Part shown: in pieces, positions 25,619 to 40,600 of the stretch
How positions within the stretch are numbered: the stretch's first letter is position 1
How the letters are laid out: each line of letters opens with the position of its first letter
Virus record (IMG/VR): IMGVR_UViG_3300045973_000209
Coordinates: 1-64,000 of that record
DNA length: 64,000 bases
Strand: one strand, 5' to 3'
From: a virus
Notes under the pieces: generated by a model
Databases searched by the model: none
Seen by the model: the letters and a program-made list of their open reading frames with translations, nothing else
Told to the model about the DNA's origin: nothing
Position numbers and translations under genes: made by a program

Positions 25619-28600
25619 CTAACCCCTAAACAATATATAGTATTTATTAAACTTATTTATTCGTTGTATCTGTTGTACTTTATTCCAAATCGGCACTAAT
25701 TTCACTGTATTTACTTTAAGTTTAGTATCTCCTTTATAAACGCCAGTTGAATATACTCTAGTCTTATCAGTTTGAAATGGATAACTAACTAAACTAGCAG
25801 CTGCTTTATAAAGATCAATTGCAGTACCTTGAACAGCAGCAGGAGATTTAAGAATTTTAGTACCTTCATTAATCACACCAAATGGAGTGTACATCATTAA
25901 TTCACTTAATGCTCTGTCTATTTCATAAGCAGTCAAATCATATCCCCAATCTTTATCATCATCTGTAGGTTTTAAATGTTTAACCATAGCACCGGCAAGT
26001 AAACACATTGCAAGATAACCAAATTCTAATAATGCACGTTTAATATTACCTTTTTCAAAATCATCTAGAGTATTCCAGTAAATTCCTATATTAGTTATAA
26101 ACTTACCATAATCACTCATAATCCTTCCCATTGCACTTTGAAATTGTTTACCTTCCTCATCATCCATTACTTTAGTTCTATTTAATGGACTAGTAAGAAA
26201 TCTATATAAACTTACATATGAACCCTTATCATATTCATCTCTACTTTCAGTCCAAAAACTCTTACCAAATTTAGTACCAAATCTCTTATTCCATCCAGGA
26301 CGCATATACTTTCTAAATTGAATAACCATCTTACCTAATGCTCGTCTACTCATAGTATTTGCATCTTCCTTATTGTAAATACCTTGTTGTTTTTGAACTA
26401 CTTTTACTGCTTTATTTCTAAATTTAGCATATTCATTCTCATTCAACATAGTACTCACTTTCTTTCCATCTATTTCAACTTCATCTTGTAATTGAGCATA
26501 TCCATTTTCATCAAGATAAAAAGCATCATGTAATTTAGGATTAACTTCAAATTTAACAAGACTATCTTTATCTATTACCTTCTTAGCCTCAACAAACGCA
26601 TTTCCTTTACTTATGGGGAGGGTTAAAATATAATCACGTAAATAGTCATGTTTAGCCTCTTTAAATTCTTCTTCTGCAAATCTTGCTTTTAAATATGCAT
26701 CTAATTTAACTTTCTCTTCATCATTTAAAATACTTTGTAATGCTTCTTTATAATTATCAAATTGATAATCAGCGAGAGATTTAATATTACCATTAATAAT
26801 TCTATAATGATCTAACATTGCAAGAGTACTAACATTCTGCATATAATGCTCACCCATATCATTCATAAAATATGCACTACTCCAACTAAATAATTGTTTT
26901 CTTAACATACCAGTTGAAAAGTCTCTTTCATTAGTATTCTGAGTAATATCCATTTTCTTAATAATAGCACCAGTCAATGTTTTAGATCTAGTACTTCCTA
27001 AACTAGAAATAATATCAGGAATAGTGCTAATATACATCTTATCTGCTTTTCTTAAGTTCTCAGATTTAAAATACCAACCAGCAAATGCTTCCATCTTTAT
27101 TTGAATCTTGCCAATAATCACGTTATTAACACCTGCTGTCATATTAAACCACATATTTTTCATAGATGTATATTTCATTAACATCTTGCTAATTGTAGTC
27201 CATGCACCTTCTTCTATATCAAAATTACCATAAAATATAGCTTCAAGCCATTCAGCATAATGTTTTTCAATATTAGTTCCTTCACCATTAACTGTTCCAG
27301 TTATATTCTTATCAAGAATTTTACTAGCAGCTTTGTTCTTTATAATCTCACCAGTACTTTGACGTTTATTGAATTTAAGATCTCTTAATTTAAATAATCC
27401 TAAATCATATTCATGTTTCATATCAGCTTTTACTTTATAAGTAGTAGCCTCTTTTATAAATCTAGTAAATACATCTGCAAGATTATAATTCAATTTACCA
27501 GCATGATAAGCATCATTTGCCGTTTTAATTTCTTTATTTCTATTAAATACTTCACCTATGGTTTTAAATCTTCCTTTACCAGAAGCATTTCCAGCACCAA
27601 CTACTCTTTTTTCATAATCACTTTGAAGTTCGTCTTTAGTTCTATGAGGAATTTCAATTTCTTTTTCTTGTGAGAAATAATCAACCATAGGTATAGTTAA
27701 ACGATAAACCATCTCATCATTTTCACCTACAAAGTGCTCACTTTCATCATGAATTTTATTAACTGCAATCCAATCTTTAACTTTCTCACTAATACTTCTA
27801 GTGTCTTCTCCATGCTCTTGTAATGTAGGAATAAATCCTTTATTAAGAACTGTAGCTCTACCAAAATAGTCAGTATATTTAGTTAATATCTCAACAAATT
27901 TCTGATATAATTTATCATCTTTTAATGCAGTCCATTTAGGATTAATATAAAGATCAGAAGGAGTAGCAAGACTACTATCACCAACTAAAAATCTAACTTC
28001 ACCATCTACTTCTCTAATATTACGTTTTTTCCATGCAGTAAATTCACTTGCACTTAAATCTTCTTTTTTCTGTCTAACTATATTTTCAAATTCTTCATCT
28101 GAAATGTTACGTTGTTCATTCTTATTATACCATGCTTTAGAACCATTATAATAACTTTGACTCTTAGCACCATATGTTTTAATTAAATACTGAAAATGTC
28201 TTTTCTTATCAGCATAAAATTTATCCATATCATATTTCTGGATAAGTTTACCTGTTCTTTTACCATCTTTAGTTTCAAGATATTTACTAAAGTCAGCATC
28301 AGTTAAACTAGTAATATTTTTACCAGCAAATGCTTTTCTTAGTAATCCTTCTAATTCACCTATATTTTTACTTGCATCATCTTCACCATTAATCATGTTA
28401 ACCATATACTGTTTAACCATATTGGCTACAAATGGATTATTAGTATCAGCAAGTGCATCAAGTTTTAATTGTACATAACTTTCATCATCACCTACGTCCA
28501 TAATTTTTCTTAAACCAGCAAGTATTTCAGGATTACTAGTAAATTTTTGTAAGTTTTGTTCATAAAATTTAGTAGATAATGCATCAACTCTATTCTGAGC

Positions 28601-31600
28601 ATTATTAATAGTAGGAAGTAAATTTTGAAGTTGTTTAATTACATCAGTAACTACTTTCTCTTCTGGAAGTAATTCATTACTATCTACTGATTTTAAAAGA
28701 TCAAACGATGTAGCCCCCATAAAGAAAGAATGTGTTCTAGATAGAAATCCTGTGAAACTCTTACGAGTAATAGCATCAGTAAGAATAGTATTCATATCCA
28801 TATTCTCAAACTCATTAAGTCTAGCAAGAATACCACCTTTTTTAGTTTCAGTTTTAGGATCACTTAAATCAAAATCATATTGTTTAAGAACAGTAGTTAA
28901 TCCTGTAGCAAGAGTAGCAAGATCATTTTGTTCAATAAGTACTTGAAATTGTTTATCTCCAAGAAGTTTAACTGCATCTTTTAAAGTACCTACACCAGTT
29001 AGAATTTTAATTCTATTAGCATAACTTCCTGTAGTTTTATCTATGAAAGGTTTAACTGAATCAATAGCATTATTGATAGATTGATTTGTTGAAGAAGTAT
29101 AAGAAACAGGTTTAATATCAGAAATAGGATTAACATAACTATCTGCTAAAAATACTATTTCATCATTAATATTACCTTTAAATGTTTTTCCGTTTCTAGT
29201 ATATGATATAATGGAACCATTTTGATCAGTTACCATATTATATTCATTACCATTGTTTTTATTTTTAGCAATAATATTATAATTATTATCAGGTAATAGT
29301 CTAACATTATTTATTATTACTTTTTGTCTATATTGTTCTCCCTTTTCATCTTCTCCTACATTAAAATCAAAAGTTTTTCCTACGATATTATTAGTATTGT
29401 TTCCAAATCCAATTGGAGAAATAGTTTCATCAATTAATTTAATTAATTCTTCTTTAGTATTAGCTTTCAAATTTTGTTCTTTATCTTGAATATTTCTAAA
29501 TATAGTATAATATCCAATATTTCCTTTATTTATATTTTTTATAGCAGTTTGTTTTATTTCATTAAATCTATCTTTTGTTGAAGATATCGTAGTACTAGTT
29601 TGATTAAAATCTTCATCTGTATCTCCTTCATTACTAAAAGTTGCATTTGCATCTTTCATTACAGCATCTAAATTACCAACATATTCAAAATGAAATTCAA
29701 ATAAATCAGTTCTATTTTGATGTTCTATTCCATCTTTTACTTCATGTAGCCTTTCAATTGGTAATTGATTTTCTTCTGCCCATTTTAATCTAGCAGGAAG
29801 TCCTGTTAAATTAATATTCATTAATGGTTTAGTAACTTTTACATATTCACCATCTAAATTAATTTGAACATATTCTCCAACTTTAAGTTTAGACCATACT
29901 TCAGCAGAATCTAAACCACCAACAGTAAATGCAGTAGTTTTACCTTCTCTAATAGATTGTAAATTACTAGCAATTACTCTAGTAGTAAACATCTTTTTAT
30001 CAATACTTTCTTTCAGATTTAAATGATTAATCATTCCAATATAATCATCTGGACTCTGTATTTCAGTTCCATCTTTAAATTGATTATTATCTTCAAATAT
30101 ACTTCTTTCTTCATTCTCAGATTTCTCAAGTTTATTAATAGGATAATAATACATAGTTCCACTTCTATTACCCCATTCATCAACATCTATAAAACTTCTA
30201 TATGCTTGATATAATTGCCATTTAGTTACTTCATTTTCATCTGCATTCTTTACAACATGATTTAATTTAATAACATCTCTTTCTTTAACTTTATTAGCAA
30301 TCTTACCAGTAGGTATATTATCTAAAGTTTTAATAGGCATTACTATAATACCATCTTTTCTAACTTGAAAATATCTAACTGATCTACCATAACTACCATC
30401 TTCATTCTGAATAGTTTTATCATATCTAGTAAGAAGTGCAGCATTTGGAACTATATTATCATCTTGCCAATTAGACTTAAGGAATCTTTCTTTATAATTA
30501 CTATTAAATATTTGATCACTATATTGAGTCATTTCCTGAGGACGATTCTTTTCATCTTCATCAAACTCAAGATTATTTACTTCATCTAATTTATTATATA
30601 AATGATCACTTAATCCAATACCTTTTTCATTATTTGAACCTTCCATAAATGGTTCATTTGCATAAGAAAATAAAGTATTTGGAATAATCTTACTAAATGA
30701 AGTATATCCAAATCCAAATCCATTTACTATGTATTCATATCTAAGTAAGTTTCTTGCAGTAACTCTTTCAAATTCATTATCACTATACCATAAATCATTA
30801 AATGTCTGAGATATAGTATCAGGAATATCATTGTTTACATACTCAATTTGATGATGACGATATTTCTTTATTTCACTATCTTGTAATCTAGTTCTTAAAT
30901 GATTTAATAAATGATCATTTCCGTAATCATTATGATATCTAAGAAGTTCAACTTGATTAGCTACACTAAGTTGATTAAATACTTCTATACTTTCTGGCGT
31001 TTTCAAATCCAGACTATAATCTAATTCAGTTTCGATACCAAGAATAGTTCTTTTTTCTTCTATACTAAGATCATTTAACCAAGGTAAATCTTTAAGCAGA
31101 CTATTATTCAAATAACTAGTAAGTTTATTAGTTAATTTATCATCATATTTCTTATCTGTAGTATATTTATTTATTTCTTCTTTAATTAAAGTATAGAATT
31201 GACTCTCACCAATAAAATGTCTACTAAATGCTTGTAAACTTAATAGATTACTAAATGTAAGAAAATGTTCAAGAGTAGGATAAGAACTTTTAATAGGACT
31301 ATTCTTTCCTAATAAATATTTAGGAAATATTCTACTCATTGCGCTTGCACCATTTATCTCCAGTATTCCTTGTTCATTAGTTCTTTTAATATCATATAAA
31401 AGCTTACGAGTAACACTAAAAGTAGGGCCAGCGCCAATTTTATCAGTATTAAGAGTATTAGTACCATCTGTAACTGCATCAGAATAAGATTTAAGATGTT
31501 TAAAAGTTTCAAGTATTTGTAACTGATAACGAAGTTGATTTTCTACTTCTTTAAGTCTATCTATATTTTTATCTGTAATTGCACTCTCTACTTCTTTAGA

Positions 31601-34600
31601 TGTTTCATTAGTAAAAGTAATAGTATTAATATTTTTTAATAATTCTTCTGAATTTAAATTAATACCTCTACCATTTTCATATCCTAAATACTTATACTGT
31701 TCATCTTTCATCTTATCTCCACCACCTATGAATATAAGTTTGCCATCTTCAATTGCAGTATCCCATCCTTTAATATGTTTATCTGTCTGTGCAAGAATAA
31801 TTCTATAAAGTAAGGTCTGAAACTTACGTTTAGTTTGTTCTATTTCACTACCTCTTTTTACATTATTTGCATTAAGAAAGAAAGTATCAGTAAGATCTCT
31901 AATTATAGGCTGATTAATTAATGATGTAGAAGTTTCAAAATTAGAACCTAAACTAACTAACATTTTCCAAATACTAACTGTATATTCATTAATATTACTA
32001 GGTAAAGGAAATGCAACGTTATCAAGAATATTTGCAGTAGTTTGTGCAGAATATGAATTTATAAGTTTACCTTCAACATTCTTAAATGTATTAGTAGGAT
32101 TATTACCAATAAATCTATGTGTAACTATTGCATATTCATTTATATTTTCACCTACTCCTCTCTTTTCAAATTTAACATCATCTCCATATAAATCTTGTAT
32201 TTGTTTATGTCTAGCAGAACTAGTAACAAGATATTCTATTACAGGTAATGTACTAAATTTAGATATTTTATTCTTATCATCATTAAGTTTCTCCGTTAAG
32301 TTTATTCTAGCAACTTGTGCAATAGAATTAAATCTATCTAATGCTAAACTTATTCCTTTTAAATCTCTACCTTGATGTGATTTCTCTCTATAATCTTGCT
32401 GACCATCAATAGTAAGATTATTAATCTTATCATTAGTTAAACTTAAACCTTTATCAGTAAGTTTTTTAGCATTAGTAATATCATTAAAGTTAGATGTAGC
32501 TATAGTTTCTTGATAATGATATGGATTCGTAAGAATACCATAATAAACATCCATTATTCTATTTTCTCTAGCTTTCTTAGTATTCTGTTCATTTTCATTC
32601 CAACTAGAAATGATATCAAATATCTTTTTTTCAACGTCTTTAAATTCTGGACTTTCTTTATAATGATCGAAGGTTGCAACATCGTATTTATATATATTGA
32701 ATTTATCTCTAATTAATTTAGTTTTAGTTGCACCAGTTGCTTTAGCAATTTGATCTTCATATGCTTTAATCTCATTTTGATACTGTTGATATGCTTTATA
32801 TTCTAATGGATTATCTTTTATTAATTCAAAATAACTACTCATTGCTTTATTCATACCAACAATAAGATCAGTTATCTCTTTGTTATTATATTCAGTAGAA
32901 AGAACATGAACTAACTGAGAACGATCTTGCATAATAGATTGTACACGACTATTTATATTAGATAAACTATCTCCTTCTATAAATGGAATACGTTCTACAA
33001 TAGGAGTATGATGCTCTTCTCCATTTACAGTTTCAGTAGTATAATTAGTTTGTAATCCATATATAAATGCATATACAGTATCCATATCAAAGTCAGATCC
33101 TGTCTGTGTTACAAAATCATCAGGAAGTACAATACTTGGACCATTATCATCAGGTAAAAATCCAACAACTTTAAATACATATGCACTATATTTGGCTTCC
33201 ATAGGAATACGATAACCAATCATAGTTCTTACTTCATCTGATAATGTATTTATATCTACATATTCTTTCTTACCGTTTGCATCTTCTTTGTAAAATTGTT
33301 TTGCCCATCTAGGAAGTAATACTTCAGCTTCCTGAATCATATTTCCTTTTCCTTCTTTTTCATCATATAATATAGTAGAATGAAGTTTAAGATCTTTTCT
33401 TTGAACTTCTTTACCATCTACATTAGTAGTTGCTTCCATACTTTTATGCCAGTTAACTCCTTCAGTAGAAGTTAATTGTGACCACTTAACACCTTTCTGT
33501 TTATTCATAAACAGACTAGACATCTGTGCAGCTTTAAGTCCAGGAAATTTCTGATTTGTTACACCATTAGTAAACAAACTAGTAAGAATGTTCTCCCATT
33601 TATTACTATTAGTATTAAAAAAGATAGGTAACATTGCTCTACCTTCATCATCTTTAGTAATACTATAAATAATATTCTTAGTTAAATTACGATCAATTCC
33701 TTCTTTTTCAAGTATAGTTGAAATATTATCATAATTTAATTCTCCAATAATTCTACCATTTTTATCAACTCTAACATCAAAAGGAGTTAAAGTTCTACAT
33801 GCATCTTGATATATATTACTATTTATTAAATCAAAATAATGTTGTTTAAGTGCATTACCTTGTAACTTCTTATCTTTAACTTTGTATTCTAATTCATCAG
33901 GAATATTTTCAATAACTTTTTTAACAAACTGACGACTCATAGTAATAGAATCTTCATACAATGAGTTAGAAACTTCTAATTGCATACGTAATCCTTCATA
34001 ATTATAACTACGAGTAGCTTTAGTAAGTTCTTGCTCTAATGTATTATCATCTGTAATATTACCATCTTCATCTGCAATATTTGCAATATATAATGAACCT
34101 TCCTTTTCAGCACTTCTTAAATTTATTTGAGATAAGTTTAATTTATCCATCATCTTATCAAGATTCTCTAATTGAAGATCTTTAATAAGAGCAGGAGTTA
34201 ATACAACTTCAGCATTTTTAACTTGTGTAGGAACCATCTTCTGAAGAAACTCATTATAGTCCATACTATAATAAAAGTTCTTCTGCATAGATGCAAACTT
34301 AGTAGTATCTCCTCTATCTAATTCTTGACCATTTCTAACTTTATTAATAATAGTTTTATAATTATCAGTTAATCCAAATCCACTGATTCTTTTTACAAAT
34401 TCATCAAATCTAATCAAAGATACAGCATTAGCACTATCATTAGATAAGTAAGGAGAAACTATATTATATACTTCTCTTTCAGCATCAGTAAATAATTTTG
34501 GATTCTTTAATTCTTCTTCTGTATATTGTTTATTTAATCTACTAACTCTTATATCTTCTAATTTATATCCTAATCCAAGAGTTACAGTATTAATCTTATG

Positions 34601-37600
34601 TCTATATACTTTTGATTTTAATTTAACATCATTTATAGTAGCACCATAATAAATACCTTTATGTACACTAGGTATACCATTTGCTATAACTTGCCCACCT
34701 CTTTTATTTAAGTCAACATTACTTTTATAATCTGCTACACTTCCATAAAATAATCTTACTTGTTCTATATTAAATAAATAACTATTTAATGCATATTCAG
34801 CAATAGCATGATTAAACTGTTTATCTTTAAGAATATAACTCTTTTCTTCTCTATTTAAATTCTCTTTTTTAACATATGCTTTCTCAAGAAAATCTTTATA
34901 TACAGTTAAAGTATTATTTGCATTTATAATTTGAGAACTAACAAAATTAAGTATAAATTGTTCTAATCTGTTCTTAAATGTGCTATTCACATCTTCTTTA
35001 TTTAAGGGGGTGTGTAAAGCATTGTTTAATGAATCACTAGTAAGAAGATGTTTAGTAAAATTAATACCATTAATAAATATATCACTAAATATAGTTTGAG
35101 CACTACCAACTTTAATAGTAAGATTATTAAGATCAAATATATTTCCACTACGTTTAGTATCTAATCCATAATGACCATTTTCTTTCTTAACAAATTGACA
35201 GTAAACTTTATTACCATTTTCATCTTCTTTATAATGATAATATATTTGACCAGATTGAGTACCATCAAGAATTTCTTGTTTAACTAAAGGATTCTGATTT
35301 TCATCTACAAGAACTCTTCCATTATTATCTAATTGAAATAGAATTTGTTTAGCAGTATTCATTGCTATAAGTTCATCAACTGCATTTAAATAAATTGCTT
35401 TAAAAATAGGAATTTCTCTAACTAATTTTAATCCTTCTTCTCCTTTAGTATTAATACCAATTAATAGATTCTCAAAATCAGCACGACTAAGTTCAACAAT
35501 AGGAGATTCAAATAGTCTAGTATTTTTTCTATCTGAAGGATTTATTAAAGGAAATATAGCAGTTAATTTTTTACTAACATTATTCTCTTTTATAGTTTCA
35601 CCTCCACCAAAATAATATATAAGATTTTTTAAAGTCCAATCATGTTTAGTTAAATCAGCATATTCATTTGCAAATCCTTCATTTAAATCTTTAGTTCCTT
35701 CATATCCAAAAGACTTGATTCTTCCAAGATTTTCTTTATTAATTCCAGTTGCTTGCCTAATATTATTAACTATAGTATAATCAAAAATTCCTCTACCTTT
35801 CTTTACTATTTCACCTTCAACTATTTGATCACCCCATAATAATAAAGAATGTTGATTAGATAAAATTTTAGTATGATTAACTAACGCATTAAAAACTACT
35901 TCATCAGTATCTTCAAGTTTCTTAAAGAAATTACTTAGAAAACTAGGATTAGTAGCATCAAAAACTAAATTATTATTAAGATTAGTACTACTAAAATTAA
36001 AATGATCTTCTCTAAAATATTTTACTTTACTAGCAAATCGTAATAGATTACCAAATTCATTAAATGCAACTTTAGGATTAGTTTGAAGTTGAACAATATA
36101 TGGTACATTTTTCTCTTTACTATAATCTTTACCAGGTATTCCAGCAATATTACGTAAAGGAGCAATCATAGTATTAATGAAAGTATCTTGATAATTCTTA
36201 AATTCATAATTAAGATTATCAATACTAACTTCCATTCTAAGAAGATTATATAATTGTACTATTCCAGCAGCAGCTTCAGCAGGAAGTTTACTAAAATTAG
36301 AACTTAATGCAGAAACTTCTTTATACTGTTTAGTATATTCATCATACCAATCTTTATCAAAGAATCCATTTTCACCTTTACTAACTATATTATTAGTCCA
36401 TTCATTAGCAATAAAATATTCTATTGCATTTTTATTTCCATGATTTATATTAATTTCATGTAAAGTATCAGATTCAGTACTAACTTCTCTAGTTAAATCT
36501 CTATATGAATCTAGGATTGCTTTATCAAATGATGTAAACCAAGCATTAAGTAACTCAGGATTATTACTAAGCTCTTTATGAATATTATATAGACTTTTAG
36601 ATAAAACTGTATTTTGATCTGAAGCATAATTGAATAATGCAGTAAGCATATCTTCTTTAGTAAGACTACCTCTCATTAAATCAATAAGTTTATTACCTAC
36701 TTCAGAAAAATTTAAAGTATTAGCAAATCCAGTAGGTGTTTTTTCATTGGTTCTATAAACTACCTTACCATCTACAATAGTTGAAAGATTTGGATTTACT
36801 TCATAAGTTCTATTAATAAGATTTTTAATTTGATCAGCAACAGTACTTAATGGATTCTTAGTAAGTACATCAGTTTGATCCCATGATTTCTCTAATAATT
36901 CAATATCTTGAATATAATCTTCTTGTTCATTAATATTATAACCATATTGATTACTTAAATGAATACGAAAATACTTCCAGAATTTATCGTTATCACGAAG
37001 TTCACGAAGTGCTTTTAATATAAGAGTTTCTTGATCTGGAGTAATATTACCATCTTTTTTACGTTGTGTATATTGCAACCAAAATTCTTTTCTTATTTCA
37101 GTTCTAATTTGATCAACAATAACATCACTACCTTTAACTCCTTTATATTTAGATGCAAGTCTTTCTATAGTAATATTAGAAAGAACATTAAGAATATTTT
37201 TTTCTTCATCTATTTCAAATGGAGAACCAGTAAGTTCTTTATTAACAGTAGAAGAATATGAAACTGGTTTAAATGTTTTACTATTTGAATCTTTTTCAAA
37301 ACTTATAATAGGTTTCTCAACTCCATCTTCTCCAAATTCATCTGCATATTCTTGTGCAGTAGTATCTGTGGGAATTTCTCCTAATAATTCTTTACTAGTA
37401 TTACTAATAGAAGATATTTTTTCTCCTCCAATAAATTGATTAAATATATTATTTAACTCATCTAATTTAGTACTAATACCAAATGATTTAGCAATCTCAC
37501 GTATAAGATCTTTTAATTTACTCCAGAATGTTTTACCAGTAGTATCTTCAGTGCTTTTAATAGTATCAAGATATCTAGCAAAATCAATATCAGTAAGTCC

Positions 37601-40600
37601 ATAAGTAAGAATTTCTTCACTATCTTTCATATTTAAGATAGTAAGAATTTTATTATCTATATCATTCTTATCTACTTTCTCACTTAATTCTTTATATTCA
37701 GGAGTATTTTTAATATCATCTCTAAACTTATCTAAGGATTCAGTTAATTTAGTCTGTTCTTCTTTACTTCTAGTTCCATTCAAAGCATGAATCATATCAT
37801 GCATTAAAGCAAGAGTTGCAGCAATTTGATCTTTTTTATATAAATCAACCCATGCCTGAGTAATACTAATAGAATTCTTACTAGGTGTATAATATACCAT
37901 AACTGGATTACCAGTCTCTTTATCTATCTTCTTACCAGATACAACTCCATTAAATTTAATTTTACCAGATCTAATAAGAGTATCTATAAATTCAGTAGCA
38001 AAATTATATCGTTTATCTAACTGATAATCTAAAGTAAATTTACGTAAACTAGGAGTAGTATTAGTTTCAGTTTTAATTTTACTAGTATCTATATTAAGTG
38101 ATAATGGAGTTTGATTACCAGTACCATCTTGTCTTAATGTAAAATTACTAATCTTATTTCCTTTTTTATCAACTAATTGTCCTATATCAGTAACAACTGT
38201 ATTACTATTAACTAAATATTCTTCATAACTATTGTGTTTATTACCAAGAATATCAGTAAAAGGTTTTCCACCAAGTAATTGATAATTAACATTTCTATTT
38301 AAATTACCTAATGCTTCAGTAAATTCACTAGGAGTAATAACTTTAGTTATTTTATTCTTACCTTCAGTTCTTTCAGTTCTAAATTTCTTACTATAATAAT
38401 CATATACATAATAATCATTTCCAGATTTAAATCTTATATCATGATTACTAACTACTAACTCATTAGTATGACCTTGACTTTCATGTTGGATATTTAAAAC
38501 AGTTTTAAGTCTATCAGTAATAATTTTATCATTTTTCTGATGTTCTTCAACTTTAACTTGATCTTTTGAATTAAATGCAGCAACTGCAAGTGCTTTCTCT
38601 TTACCAAGATTAATAATAAGATTACTTATTTCTTCTAATACTTTATCACTATTTTTATCTGTAAGTAATTTGCCATTAAGTGAATTAATTTGTACAGGAA
38701 CTACAGTCTTATTTCCTCTATTATCAGAAACCCCCATAAGAAAAGAAGATGAGAATGTCTGTGTTAAACCTTGTTTAACAACAGTATCTTTATTATCTCT
38801 AGTATTTTCAACAACTGTTTTGTTACTATTATTCTGTATAATATAAAATTGAACTTTACTAGGATCATTAACTACTGAAAGGTTTCTCCAGATAATATTA
38901 CCTTTACTATCTTGACTTTTAACTAGAGTACCAGAAGTAATATGTTTAACTTTACTAGTAATAACTTTATCGATATCTGTTCCAAGTATTTCTCTAATCT
39001 TCGTATATCCAATTTGATCTCTAATTAATTTATCCTTCCAGCGAATCACATTTGCAATAATATCATTTCTTTTAAATGCTATAGGAGTAACTCCTTCAGT
39101 ATTCATTCCATGAAATAATACATTTGAAATATGAATAAACGCTGTCATTCCATCATTACTCCTAAGATTTATACTTTTAGGAACTAAATCATATAATATA
39201 CCATGAACATCAGCATCTAATAAGTCACTATATGCTTGTGATACTTCAGCACTACTTGCCTTCATTTTCTTAGCATTATAAAATGCTTGAATTAATGGCA
39301 TGAGTCTATTGATATATTCTAACTTACTATTTGTAGTACTTGCATCATTAATTATATCATCCGTCCAATCTTTACCATCAAAATTATACTTAACTCCATT
39401 GTGAATACCAGCTAAAGTAGGAATAGCCACAAGTGGAATACCGCCTTTATCATTTACAAGTTTCACAATGATAGGCACGTTTTTTGAATCATTTTTATTT
39501 TGGCTGAAGCCTTGTAGACCAGATAATTCAGTATTGATCTGCACAATTACCTGTGAATTTTCAGCTACACCGTTCAAAAGAGTAGTTACACGTTCTAAAT
39601 CTTTATCATTAACAACTTGATCACCATTTTCATTAGTAGTAAAATCAACTTTATATACAAAAGTATTTACTACATCTTCACCACCAGTTGGAGTAAGATT
39701 ATTAATATTGTTAATTTGAAGTTCTTTGTACTCATCATTAAGACCATAAACCTCTATAAGTTTATCTATTGTAATCTTTGCTAAAGTCTTATCAGTATTA
39801 TAGATACGTTTCTGTCCAGTTTCAGGGTTAATTTTACTATTACGAATTATAGTATATGCTTGTTTAAGTGCATCAAAATCTTCTCTTAATTTATTTGCAC
39901 CTACTAATTCACCATATCTTGCAGCAATAGTTTCAAATTTAAACTGTGTACCATGATCAGGAGATTCTTTAAATAATGGATTTTCTCCATCATTAACAAT
40001 ACCTGTTATCCATTTATTGGCTCTATCAACTACATTTGTAGTTATAGGGTTCTGTGATGTGAAGTCAACTATATTTTTAGAAGCCTCAGTATTTAAACTA
40101 TCTTTAAATGCTTGAGCATTATCAATATGTTCTTGTGCTTTATTACTTCCTTCTGGAGTTGTTCCTTTAGTTTCAACAATATATCCTGCATTTACTAAAA
40201 GTTCATTTATAATTTCTTCAAGTAAATTACCAGATTTAAACTGATTAAACTGATTATTTAATTCATCACGAAGTGCAGTTAAATTAGCAGGAGTATATTC
40301 TTTTAATAATTCACTATCATTTACTAATTGAACTAATCTACCAAAAGGTAATGCTTCATTAGGATTTAATGCTAAATTGGTAACTTCTTGTGTAATATAT
40401 TTATTAGCTTCAGAATGTCTTTTTCCAGTAAATTTTCCTTCTACACCAGTAACTCCAACATCTTTTAATATTTTATTAAAAGTATTAGTTAATTCATTAT
40501 TTTTAGTAGTAATATAACTATCACTTTGTTCTTCAGTAATTTTAGTAGTTTTCTGTTGTGCTAACCAAGTACGTCTTTGATTAAGTACGTCAATATATGC

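Noticed and set aside
37776-37804. Zinc-metalloprotease motif in the giant protein (ALMHDMIHALNG)
   Set aside because: The sequence is H-D-M-I-H, not HExxH, and no downstream third ligand motif was recognised. No true HExxH was found elsewhere in the protein by eye (HESQGH and HEININH have the wrong spacing).
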